This document shows, piece after piece, positions 11,569-22,819 of a stretch of 64,000 nt of DNA. The notes under the pieces were generated by a model. That model was not told the DNA's origin. It was given only the letters and a program-made list of their open reading frames with translations, and did no database searches. Origin of the DNA: Selaginella moellendorffii (lineage: Eukaryota; Plantae; Lycopodiophyta); assembly GCF_000143415.4 (NCBI RefSeq), contig NW_003314323.1:187208-251207 (forward strand), given 5' to 3'. A program made the position numbers and the translations under genes. The first letter of the stretch is position 1, and each line of letters opens with the position of its first letter.

Positions 11569-14500
11569 ATGGAGCATCAGCAGGAGCCAGTCTTGGAAAA
11601 GGATTTGCACGAATTGCGGCAGGAGCTAGAGAAATCGATCGCCTCGGACACGCATACGTCGCTGGCGGCTAATATGCTGCTGGATGTTCCCATCGCCGAC
11701 GGGAGTGGTGGAGGCTCTGTGGTCTCGGGGATTGATCGTGAGCCAGCGGTTGTCGTGCAGATGATTGGGAGCGTCCAAGGAGGTGATGCTGCTACTCCAG
11801 CTCCTGCTGGTGGTACGTGATCGATCGTTCCTTAGCTTAGCTTTGATAAGTTTTCTAACTGCGTGCTTTGTGAAGAACAACCATCTTCATTCCCTGGAGA
11901 AGACCAAGAACAACAGGTTCTTCGATTTATCACTGAGTTTCTTCGATTCTTAAAGCAGATTTTAGCTGCAGAGAAGCAAATATGGAGAAGGAAATGCCTT
12001 GAAAGGAAATAAGTTGGCTAAGAAGTTTGGAAGAAAGGTCTATATTGGGAACGTCATTGGCTTTGATCCTGAAAGACAATGGTACAAGGTATGAGTCTCA
12101 TCTAAACTGTCTGCAATAGTGCCCATTCGGCTGTTGTGAAATGTGATAGGTTGAATATGAAGATGGCGACCAGGAGGAACTTTGGTGGTGGGAGCTGGAA
12201 CCTTTATTGATTCAATATGAAAAACGAATGGAATCAATGACAAAGAAAAGATCACGGTCCGAAGGAGATAAAATAGCGTAAGAAACCTTTGATTTTTGAG
12301 CTTATGACATGTTTTGATAGTCAGGCTAAGCGGATGAGAGATCCGGACGAAGAATATCTAGAGCTGGTAGAGGAGCTCAGTATGTTCTCCTCGTCTTCAG
12401 GAACTTCTGAAGACGATGATTGGGATAGGGATATCAAGAAGACACCGAGATCCAAAAGATCGGGAAAGAAACGAAAGGCGGAAAGCTTGCAAGCTGAAAG
12501 AGGGAGCGTGTCTACTGAAAGTATACAGGCTGCCTCCGAGGAAGCTGCTACTGAATCCGTTAGCCGGAGAGTAGTCAGATCAAAAAGCTCCTCGGGGAAT
12601 GAGAACGGCTTCAGCTTGATCGGAAGAGAAACCAGGAAAGTTTTTAAAGGAAGAAATTATATAGGCAAAGTTATTGAGTTCGATCCGGAGGCAAAGTTTT
12701 ACAAGGTGCGTGTTTCTCTCTAAGTCAATCTCCTCCTAATTTATTCTTTTATTATGTCTGCCACAGGTTGTATATGAGGATGGGGACTCGGAGGAGCTTG
12801 AGTGGAAGGAGTTAAAGGCTACATTAGTTTCCAACGACGGCAAATTGCTTGTCAGCAATGGCCATGTTGAAACAGAATCCAAACAGTCCAGCAATCCGTC
12901 CAGCAACAGATCCGTAGATGACACAGAGGTGAATGAACATACTCCAAGGAGGTACCTACGTTAGTTCGCTGCTTAGTCCTTCCCCTGATATTACCATATT
13001 GTACAGGGGAGGAAAAAAGCTGGATGAGATGCCTCTGACAAGCTCTCAAGTCAAGTATCCAGGCGCATTGCATCCAGCGTTTGAAAGAGCCCGTTTCTTG
13101 GAAAATAACACTGAAAAACTGGAGTATTTTGCATGGGGCGAAGTTGTCGCTTTCGACAAAGCTAAGTGTCCCGATCTGAAAGCTATGGGGACTCTGCCAA
13201 CAAAGTCTCCCATTGTTCATTTAGCCGTAAGTAGTTCAATTTCATCGTTTACGTCTAATACATATAAACAATTTCAGGCAAGCCAGCATCATCTTGCTGT
13301 GTTAACAGCTGCGGGACAGGTTTTTGTTTGGCGAAACAAGCATGGAAATATTACTGAGCGTTGCGATGCATGGGAACATATTTCCAGTCTGGATGATAAA
13401 ACTATAGTTTTGGTTGACATTGCTGGACCAGAGTTGGAGAGATCATCGGCAGGTTACTCTTCTCATCAAGAAGACCAGGTGAATTGTCAAAGCTTTTCGG
13501 CAACATTTTTAACGCACTCTACAGGTTCCAGATCCTTTTTTCCTAGCTGCGGTGTCTTATAATGGAAATGAGTACGTTCTTCAAGGTTCTCAGCCTCATG
13601 AACCTGTATGTATTAGATTGCTGTTCTTTATCTGACATATTACCTCCTGAAGGTTCATACTTATTCTTTGTTGGAGGAATTCCAGTATCCAAGCCTTGAA
13701 GATTTATTGAAATTGAATGACACGACTGTGAACAATTTGGGCCGGATTTCTCAAGTGGCTGTTGGAACCGTTGACGCATTTGACGAGCCTCCATTCATCG
13801 GGTACATGTGGCTTCAAGTTATGCACGCTTAACATAGTTGCAATGCAGGTACATTATGGACACCGATCGCGTTTATATTAGATCTGCAACGAAGGACTTC
13901 ATGGAAGAAGTGAACCACATCACAGGATTTTCGGGAAGGCCTTTGAAAATCCAGGTAGTCTATGCGTCTATTTAGTTATCTTCTTATCGTGATAATTTTA
14001 GTGTGGAAGTGCATATCACGCTATTATTCTGACTGATGATGGTCGGGCCTGGACTTGGGGTCGTGGTTATTTCCCCGGCACCGGCAATGCAACATTTTCT
14101 GTATGTCAACCTGCTCTTGGCAGTCTAGTCAACCGAAAGGTTTCTGGTTTTGTTTTTATAAATCTTTGTGTAGTAACATTTCAGTAACAGGTTGTGGATA
14201 TTGCTTGCTGTGGTCAGAACTTTATAGCTCTAACAGATGACGGTGAAGTTCACCAATGGACTCACGGACTTCCCAATTCCTTCCTCGGCGTTGAGAATTC
14301 ACCAAAATCAGCTTTAAAAGTTCCAACAGAGGACAAGCTACAGAAGGTTGCACTTGGAGTCGGGGTAGTCGCTGGAATTTCTAGCGCGGGAAAGCTCCAT
14401 ACCTGGAAGACTTCTCTTGGACACCCAACCTCTGCCAAATGCGCTACACCGCTGAGTCGTGATGAGAAAAGTAAAGATACCTCTGTTGCTGCACTAGGTA

Positions 14501-14651
14501 TGTATTTTCGGATTTGAGCTACCTAGTTCACGGTCGCTACTTAACTGTAGGGACGAGATCTATGCTAAAAGTCTTCTGCGTTGCTGGCTCGTCAATAGCA
14601 GTCGGGCGAAAGAAGCCACGAGGAAGGCCTGCCATTGGAAAAGACCCCTGA
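11569..14651 (+). CDS. Multi-exon protein with two PTM/DIR17-like Tudor domains, RCC1-like repeats and a C-terminal AT-hook-like motif
   Basis: Tudor 1 is KKFGRKVYIGNVIGFD...WYK|VEYEDGDQEEL and Tudor 2 is RKVFKGRNYIGKVIEFD...FYK|VVYEDGDSEELEW. RCC1-like segments are HLAVLTAAGQVFVW, HAIILTDDGRAWTWG and FIALTDDGEVHQW. The protein ends KKPRGRPAIGKDP*. Confidence 0.75.
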
Positions 14652-14825
14652 AGGTGGTGTACACTTATTGTTGCTATTTCTTACTCTTCTTTTCCTCCAG
14701 GCAGAAGATTAGTATGTACAATACAGATTGACTCAAGGTGACTACTTTGTCCAGTTTTGTATGCAAAATTACAGCAATATAGAATTCAACTAATTGCTTT
14801 TGGCAAGCTCTTTGGAAATACTCAG

Positions 14826-16868
14826 CTACCAACAATCGCGGCAAGAACAAAATCCGTTCTCGAAGTGGTGAAACCTGGTGGCGTCCCTGACAGCAATTTT
14901 TCTGTTTAAATGTTTGGACAGAAACTTGATGACGTTATGGCAGTCCGAGCAGACTCTGAGGTTCTTGACGATGCAAAGAGACGCCTCGGGTGGAGTGTTG
15001 AGAACTCCAAAGGCAAGTGCAAGCTTTTCACTGTGGTAACTTAATGACTGCTCCGTTTCTTCTTCTTCCATTTCAGCTATCCTTGTGTCTGGAACGTACC
15101 CGGCCTCCTTCATCGTCTGGAACAGCCTCCTCAGCTCGTTATAAGCGTCATCTCTCCGTGGATGCGTCTCATCGAGTGAATAGAACTCGTTGGTCTGGCC
15201 TTTGATGGTGATTGTACTCTTTCCAGGTAGCTTCTTTCTGCACTTGATTCTTATCTGGTCTCTGAGTTTCATTTCCGCAGCTCTGTCCCCAGCGCTGGCG
15301 TAGATGTTGGACAGCATAACATAAGGTGCTGGATCTTTTATGGAGCTCTCGTCCAACTCAAAGAGATGGTTAGCAACCCGGCCTGCCCGTTTCAAGTCTC
15401 GGAAAGTCCGGCAAGCACTGAGTAAGCTCGTCCATGCTACAGCACCGGCTTTAAATGGCATTTTAGTGATGAGAGTTTCTGCGTCTTTCAGGTAGCCAGC
15501 CCGTCCAAGGAGGTCAATCGCGCACAGAAAGTGTGACTCGTTTGCAGTGACACCATAGTAGTCACCACTTACCAACGAGCTGAAGATATCAGAGCCTTCG
15601 TCGAACAAAGCGCCGTGGCTACAAGCAGAGAGAGTGTTGATCAGCGTTATCCCGTTGGGCTCCACTCCTGCTTGAACCATGATCCGGAAGATGTCCAGAG
15701 CTTCGGAGCTGTATCCATTCTGTGCGTAGGCCGCGATGATCGCTGTCCAAGATACTACGTCACGGTAAGTCATTTCAAGAAACGTTTGCCTTGCTAACTC
15801 CGGGAGACCGCACTTGCCGTACATGTTGCAGATTGAGTTGGCGACACTGATATCCTTGGCCAATGCTTCATCCATTCCGTCGCAAATGATCCTACCCAGT
15901 GAAGAAGCCGTGAGGTTCGCACAGGCATCGAGCACGCTGCAGTAAGTCATCCTACTCGGCTGCAACCCTTCCAGGTCCATGCGTCGAAAGAGCTCGAGAG
16001 CCTGCTTTGGACGTCCGTTCTGGCCGAATCCAGCGATCATGGCATTCCAGGAAATGACACTTTTGTCCGGCATCTCCCGGAAAAGCTTCTCGGCCTCGTC
16101 AACGCGAGCGTTCTGAGCGAAAGCCGTGACCATGGCATTCCAGGAGACAACAGTCCGGTCCTTCATGCTGTCGAACAAGCTCTTGGCCTCGGAGACGCAG
16201 CCATTGTAGCCGAGCGCCGAGATCATCACGTTGTAGGAGGCGACGCTGGGCTCCGGCATCCTGTGAAACATCGACTTGGCCTCCTGGAGCTGGCCAGTAT
16301 GAGCGTACAGAGAGATCATCGCGTTCCAGGCAATGGTGCTGGGCTCCCGGGTGGAATCAAACATCGACTTTGCTTCCTCCTTGTGCCCGGACTTGGCATA
16401 CATGGTCACCATGGTTGTCCACGACGCAGAGGTCTTCCCGGGCATCCTCTCGAACAGCCGCCTCGCCTCGGGGATCCTCCCAGCGTTACCGTAAGCCGCG
16501 ATCAACATGTTCCAGGAGAGGACCTTTGGACAGGCGACGGCGTCGAAGAGCTTGCGAGCATCTTCCAAGCTCCCGCAAGCCGAGTACATTTGGACGAGCT
16601 GGTTCTGGAGCTCCGGGTCGTGGTTGAGGCCTTGCTCCACGACCTGGGAGTGGAGGCGCTTACCTTCGGCAAGGGACTTCGACTTGGTGGCTCGTCCCAG
16701 CGCGTCGAGGAGGTTGGTCTTTGCGGCAAGATTTCTTACCGCCTCTGTTGCAGCTCCAGGCAATGCGGCCATGGTGCGGAGCCATCGCCTTTGGAGCTTC
16801 AGGGCGCCCAACTCGCGCCTTCTCTGGAACATGCCTAAACCCTTGGAACTGAAACGAAATGGATCCAA
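14826..16868 (-). CDS. PLS-class PPR protein with E/E+ and DYW deaminase domain (ends DCW), organellar C-to-U editing factor
   Basis: Intronless 680-aa ORF with PPR repeats, a PG box (LPGKSTITIKG), HSEKLA, CSDCH and RFHHFENGFCSCRDCW. Confidence 0.95.
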   Translation of the reverse strand: MDPFRFSSKGLGMFQRRRELGALKLQRRWLRTMAALPGAATEAVRNLAAKTNLLDALGRATKSKSLAEGKRLHSQVVEQGLNHDPELQNQLVQMYSACGSLEDARKLFDAVACPKVLSWNMLIAAYGNAGRIPEARRLFERMPGKTSASWTTMVTMYAKSGHKEEAKSMFDSTREPSTIAWNAMISLYAHTGQLQEAKSMFHRMPEPSVASYNVMISALGYNGCVSEAKSLFDSMKDRTVVSWNAMVTAFAQNARVDEAEKLFREMPDKSVISWNAMIAGFGQNGRPKQALELFRRMDLEGLQPSRMTYCSVLDACANLTASSLGRIICDGMDEALAKDISVANSICNMYGKCGLPELARQTFLEMTYRDVVSWTAIIAAYAQNGYSSEALDIFRIMVQAGVEPNGITLINTLSACSHGALFDEGSDIFSSLVSGDYYGVTANESHFLCAIDLLGRAGYLKDAETLITKMPFKAGAVAWTSLLSACRTFRDLKRAGRVANHLFELDESSIKDPAPYVMLSNIYASAGDRAAEMKLRDQIRIKCRKKLPGKSTITIKGQTNEFYSLDETHPRRDDAYNELRRLFQTMKEAGYVPDTRIAEMEEEETEQSLSYHSEKLALAFGVLNTPPEASLCIVKNLRVCSDCHNVIKFLSKHLNRKIAVRDATRFHHFENGFCSCRDCW

Positions 16869-18170
16869 GACGAAGCAGTTGCGTTGATCATATCAGGTGA
16901 CTTCTTACTCAATGATTTATGTTTCGCTCACATGTTTCATCTTTGTCCGGATCATCTTCTTTCAGTTTTTTCTGTCCATGCATCAGCCTTTGTACATCAG
17001 ATCAGTAATATCATCACTGCTCAGGAGATCGATATTATCAAGTGCCGTACCCAAGATCGCGCTGGATCGCATTGAGGACGATCGTAAGAGTGGATGCCAT
17101 GCTTCGCCATTCTGCCGCCATCCTAGTGCACCCGAGCAGAGGACTCTTTTTTCGGAAGATCCACAGCCAGCCAGTGTACACGTTGTTCAACGAGGTCTGA
17201 GAACCCAGCCGAAATGATTGATCGAAAGAAAAAATAAGTTTTCGTGGACAGACTCTGGAAAAAAAAAATGGAGGAGCTTTTTCTCTACTCTGACTACCTC
17301 AAAGAAGCGAGAGTTTTGAGTTAAATACCAGCAGTTCAATTTTATTCGAACGTAAAGTTTGTAAGCCATCCACATATATAAATTCAACTAGCAACCAGCA
17401 GTCTCCCAAAATATTTTTCTTGAATTTTTTATTTCCTCCAATAAAATTTTAAGGTTACATACAATTAGTGTGACCATGTTGATGCATAATTCTGGTTATG
17501 CCATAATAAAATGCAAAATTATTTCTGGTTACCCTAAAATAAACTCTCATATTTAGGGTAACTCACAATATCACTCATAATTGATAATTTTCATTTCCAT
17601 TGTATAAAAACAACAGTGTTTATGATAGTTTTAATATGAGAATCAGAAAGATGGCCATGCTTATTACAAACTCTAACAAACTGAGACTGAAGATTATCAC
17701 ATAAAATTAAAAGTAGAATAAGAACGAATGTCTTCATCATCAAGAGGTAAATTAATACCACAATTATTTACTTCTAAACAATTATAAGTGCCGAAAAGCA
17801 TAGAAGCATTTTATATAGTACATGAGATGGCACCCAGATGGCAATCCACAAAGGCCTATCTTTTATCTCCTCACTCAAGAATGGCTGTCGTATAGATTGG
17901 ACACTGCCACGTATAGAGATCCATCCACAAGTTCTGAAGCTCTTATATTTACTTACTAGTAATTTGGATGATAGGATCAGGATCCATAGAACAAGTATGG
18001 TAATGATCAGTTGATTCACTAAATGTACGAAAATAATTTTTGTATTAGGAATAATTTCAATATCATCAAGCAATTATACTTCAGATTTTCTTGTAAGCAA
18101 TAGAAGCCTTTTATTTGAATAATAGAGCAGATGGCAGCCTATCTTCTTAACAATGCTTATATCTGCTCGC

Positions 18171-19710
18171 TCAACAATGGCTGTCGTATAGATTGGACAC
18201 TGCCACATATAAAGATCCATCACCACCACCCAGACGCGAGCTCTGGAGCATCTCACTTCCTGCGGCAGCTCCAACCTCGAAGCTCTTATGGGTTTTGCAT
18301 GCATCCAGCAGCGCCATCCACGCCCTCGAATCCGTCTGGAATGGCATGCTCTTGATCAGCTCCTCCGCCTCACCGATCCTGCCCGATCGCCCAAGAGCGC
18401 TGATCAAACACCTCTAGTGCTCCGGCCCCGGATGAATCCCTTGATCACATCTCATCGCCACGAAGCACTCCCAGATCTCGTCCAGCAATCCCGAGTGTCT
18501 GCACGCCCCCAGGATGTTAGTGAAGGCCACCTCGTCGAGATGGATCCCCTCCAAGCACAGCTCCTGGAAGATCTCCATCGCTTGCCTGCCATGCCCGTGC
18601 TGGGCATACGCCGCCACCATCGCAGTCCCTCGCCTTCATCCGATCAAACACCTCCCGTGCGGCGATCACATCCCCAAACCGCGCGTAGAGATTGACGAGC
18701 GTCGTGCCCACGACTGCGTCCCTGTCGAGGCCGGACTGGATCGCTCCGTCGCGAACGAGGAGGAAAGATCGCCGAAGCGCGTGCAAGCGGCGAGAACGGT
18801 CGCAAGACTGGAAGCGTTGGGTTTCACGCTGAGGATCATCTCCCTGTACAGCTCCAGCACTTCCCTGTCGTGCCTCGCCATCGCTTCTGCAGCGCTCCAG
18901 CAAAGAACATCTTCCCTAGAGATCTTTCGGAATGCCGATCTCGCACAGTCCAGCCAGTGTACAAGCTGACGAGCGCGGTGCCGACGATGGTATCCGTCTC
19001 GATCTGGGAGCCTGGCCGGGAATGGAGCAGCACTGCCTCTTCTATCCGGCCCAAGCCCGCTATTGCATTAAGAACGCTCGCGTACGTGAAAGCATCGGGC
19101 TTCACACCAGCAGACGCCATCTCCTGGTAGATCTTCAAAGATACTTCCAAATGCCCAGCTTCGGCATTTACTGGGACCATTGCGTTCCAAGACACAACAT
19201 CCCGGTGCGTGATCCGATCGAACATCTGCTTCACCCGATCGATTCTACCGCACTTGGCATACATCGTGACCAGCGCATTTTGAAGACCCACGTCCTGTTT
19301 GATCCCTCTTTCCACGATTCGCTCGTGGATTTCCAGCCCCTGCTCCAGGCATTTCAATCTAGCGCGAGCGGCGGCTGGATCTACGTGCTGGAACGGACGA
19401 GAGCTCGGTAGAGACAGAGCGCCTCTTGCTCCTTGCCGGCCCCGACGTATGCCGAGATGATGATCGCCCAGGAGAATTCGTTCCGGAGTGGCATGCTATC
19501 GAACGCCGCTCTGGCATCTTCCAGCCTCCCGCAATCTCTGTACATCTGGACGAGCAAGTTGCCCAGGAACCTGTCGCGGGCGTGGCCGCTGTGGATAATC
19601 CGGGCATGGACACGCCTCCCGTCCTCGAGCAGCCTCGATCGGGCACACTTCCGGAGGATCGTCGCGTACTCCTGCCTGAGCTGAGCATACCTGGACTGTG
19701 GTGGTTCCAT
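18171..19710 (-). pseudogene. Pseudogenised copy of the PPR gene at 22820-24427
   Basis: Same start (MEPPQSRYAQ) and end (NLYDSHC), but small deletions split it into at least 4 ORFs and there is a TAC>TAG stop at 18414-18416. Confidence 0.9.
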
Positions 19711-19899
19711 CTCGATCCAGCGAGCACGTTTGCTAGATTATCTGCGAACTTGGGAAGATCTATTTCTTGGGAACTTACAACATGAGAGTTCCACTCACTC
19801 GTACTCTTCTGGAGGAGCTAGGCAATCCCGCACGGTTTGAGCCAAGTATGGGTTCTCCATTGCCGCTCCTTGTCATTAAGTTGCTTGTTAATGATCCAT

Positions 19900-20710
19900 G
19901 TCGTAGTCGCGGCCCATTGTAAACTCGCCAGCGTAGCAGAACGCCGACAGCACGGTAATCATCATGACGTCGCTGGGAGCCGCGCCGCCGGCCTGGATCA
20001 TCCGGTGGAACACCCGCAGTACGCCGTAGTGGTCGCCATTCTGCGAAAATGCCGTGTCCACGGCACCGCGTCGTCATTGCACCTCTGCCGCACGCGGTAG
20101 AAGAGGTCCTCCGCGTGGGGCAGGCTGCCGCACTTGGCGTACGTGCTGGTCAGCGCAACCACGTCACTTCTTTCGTACAACCCGGCCACCCGGAGCGCGG
20201 ACACCACGGCGCAGGAATCAAACACGCGCAAGAAGCTCGCCTGGTTGGGTTCGATTCCCTCCAGGTCCATGAGACGAAACACTCCCAGCGCTTGCTCTAC
20301 GTGTCCTCGCTGTGCATATGCCAGGATCATCTCATTCCACGTCGCCATAGTGCCCCTGTACGGCACTATGTTGAAAAAATGCCGGGCACTAGCGAGATAC
20401 CCGCAGCTGACGTACACGTCCATCATGCCCGCGGCTCTCTGCAAATGCCAACATCGGGTATTTTCTTTCACCATAGCTTTCCAGTGCAGATAGACTCAAA
20501 CAAAAATCTTACCCTGGAGAACATACCGTTAACCAAGTAGGCTTTGAGCATGTTTAGATAGCATTTTGGTCCCTTTTCCTTGATTGGGAAGAACACCTCC
20601 TCCACCTCTCCAATATGCCTGTTTTGGGCATATGCTGCAATCATAGCCGCATTTGGATTATAGACTTTTGTGTATGCAATGTAAACATCCTTGATTAAGC
20701 CATACAAGTT
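19900..20710 (-). pseudogene. Truncated, frameshifted copy of the PPR gene at 30153-31538
   Basis: Shared peptides include IKEKGPKCYL, ATWNEMILAYAQRGHVEQALGVFRLMDLEGIEPNQASF and AKCGSLPHAE. Confidence 0.88.
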
Positions 20711-21323
20711 TAAGTAATGCCACCTACACTTAAATTGTGTATTAGTTTTTTTATGTCCTTCTTTAGAAACTCAATTATTAATTGCTTTATATTTGTTTTC
20801 AAACACTTATTTCAGAGTTCTATTCCTGCTTTTAGCTTTTGGAATTAAAGATTTTAATTTAAATGTGTTATGTTTGTTAAATTTCTACTTTGGCCACTAC
20901 CACATAACACACTTTGTGTTTAAAAGTTTGTATCTTAGACCAACTATTAGATCTTTGTAAAAACTCACTAAATTTTTGAGATTTTTGGATTGATGGAAAT
21001 GAGTTTTAGACTTGGAGGTGATATGGATTAACATTCACTCCATAATTTAGGAAAACATTGTATGCATCAAAATGTCTTTGTGAGTTCATGTGAGTTTGAT
21101 CCATCTTTTTGTTTTATATTAAGAGACAATCATTTTTAAACAACATTTTAAATAGCATAGCTAAATTAGGGGGCATGTATTCTCAATAAAAAATGAAAAT
21201 GATGTGAAGATTACCTTAGTACAAACTCCTAATAAATAGAAACAAAAGCAGAATTAAATCTCATGCCGAGTACAGCCCTTTATATATCACTTAATTAATA
21301 TTCATATTGAAAAACCATCTAGA

Positions 21324-22223
21324 TTAAAAACATAGAATTTTTTCCTTTCTTTTAATTATATCAAATAAACATATCGATCCAGATTTTCGTATAGCTAAAC
21401 AAACCCTTCCATACATATTGTAATTTGAACAAAGCTTTTTTGTTGACCATAAAATATTTTTAATGCCTTGTATAACAGCATTTCCGCTTGATTTTATTTG
21501 CAAATAGCAGTTAGTGTCTTTATTTCTTGTAAAACTCTCCCATATTACTTTTTTTGGTAAATAATTTTTACCATATAATTTAAGGTCACAATTTGATTCC
21601 ATTGTCATTCTATACCTATGATTTAAGGAATGCAAACTGTTCCCTTCAGGGAGATAAGTTCCAAAAAACTGATCAGGACCACTTATAAGTTGATAAGTAT
21701 AAGGCCAACAGGTATTTGAACCAATATCAAAATTATAACTTATTTTATGGGGCAAAATTAGTGGGGGATCAATATGAGGATCTCTTGTAGCTTCTCCATT
21801 ATTTATATATTCAAGCTCATAATTTTCAGAAGTAATAATAAGATGACCCCATGCATTTAGTAATGCTTCTCTTACAAATGTTGAATATAATTCTTGTATT
21901 CCTTTATATAATTGCTTACTAGTAATTTGGATGATCGAATCAGGATTCATAGAACAACTATGATAATCGCCAGCTGATTCACTAAATGTACGAATAATAA
22001 TTTGTGTATTAGGAAAAGTTCCAATATCACTCATACCTATTGAACCTAATTGATAATTTTCATTTCCATTGTATAATATGTCAAGCAGTAAAACAACAGT
22101 TTTTATAATAGTTTTAATATGAGAATCAGAAAGATGACCGTGCTTATTACAAACTCTAACAAACTGAGACTGAAGATTATCACATAAAATTAAAAGTAGA
22201 ATAAGAACGAATGTCTTCATCAT
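21324..22223 (-). CDS. Secreted protein with an unknown N-terminal domain and a C-terminal bulb-type (GNA/B) lectin domain; intronless, AT-rich
   Basis: Signal peptide MMKTFVLILLLILCDNLQS. The C-terminal LPEGNSL...YRMTMESNCDLKLY...IWESFT...CYLQIKSSGNAVI...LWST follows the B-lectin pattern. The first ATG is at 22223 (the ORF track starts at GTG 22244). Confidence 0.75.
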   Translation of the reverse strand: MMKTFVLILLLILCDNLQSQFVRVCNKHGHLSDSHIKTIIKTVVLLLDILYNGNENYQLGSIGMSDIGTFPNTQIIIRTFSESAGDYHSCSMNPDSIIQITSKQLYKGIQELYSTFVREALLNAWGHLIITSENYELEYINNGEATRDPHIDPPLILPHKISYNFDIGSNTCWPYTYQLISGPDQFFGTYLPEGNSLHSLNHRYRMTMESNCDLKLYGKNYLPKKVIWESFTRNKDTNCYLQIKSSGNAVIQGIKNILWSTKKLCSNYNMYGRVCLAIRKSGSICLFDIIKRKEKILCF

Positions 22224-22819
22224 CAAGAGGTAAATTAATACCACAATTATTTACTTCTAAACAATTATAAGTGCCGAAAAGCATAGAAGCATTTTATATA
22301 GTACATGAGATGGCAGCCAGATGGCAATCCACAAAGGCCTATCTTTTATCTCCTCGCTCAAGAATGGCTGTCATATAGATTGCCACGTATAGAGATCCAT
22401 CCACAAGCTCTACTTCCAGCAGCTCCAACCTCGAAGCTCTTATAATTACTTACTAGTGATTTGGATGATAGGATCAGGATCCATAGAACAAGTATGGTAA
22501 TCATCAGTTGATTCACTAAATGTACGAAAATAGGTTTTGTATTAGGAATAATTTCAATATCTCTCACACCTATTGAACGTAATTCATGTATAATCTTAGT
22601 TTATGATAGTGTTAATATGAGAATCAGAAAGATGATTATTGCAAAATCTAACAAATTGAGACTGAAGATTATCACATAAAATCAGAAATATTTCATCATC
22701 AAGCAATAAAGAAATAATATAATTATACTTTAGATTTACTTGTAAGCAATAGAAGCCTTTTATTTGAATAATAGAGCAGATGGCAGCCTATCTTCTTAAC
22801 AATGCTTATATCTGCTCGC

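Larger units (their letters stand above)
17565..20710 (-). repeat. Degraded tandem segmental duplicate of ~22050-31370 with a large internal deletion
   Basis: 17565-19895 aligns to ~22050-24635 (lectin 5' end, PPR, AE7 last exon), and ~19900-20710 aligns to ~30435-31375 (PPR). Confidence 0.85.

Noticed and set aside
16884-17217. Small plus-strand ORFs divergent from the DYW-PPR
   Set aside because: The ORF-track starts are non-ATG codons and there is no recognisable motif, so a gene cannot be supported.
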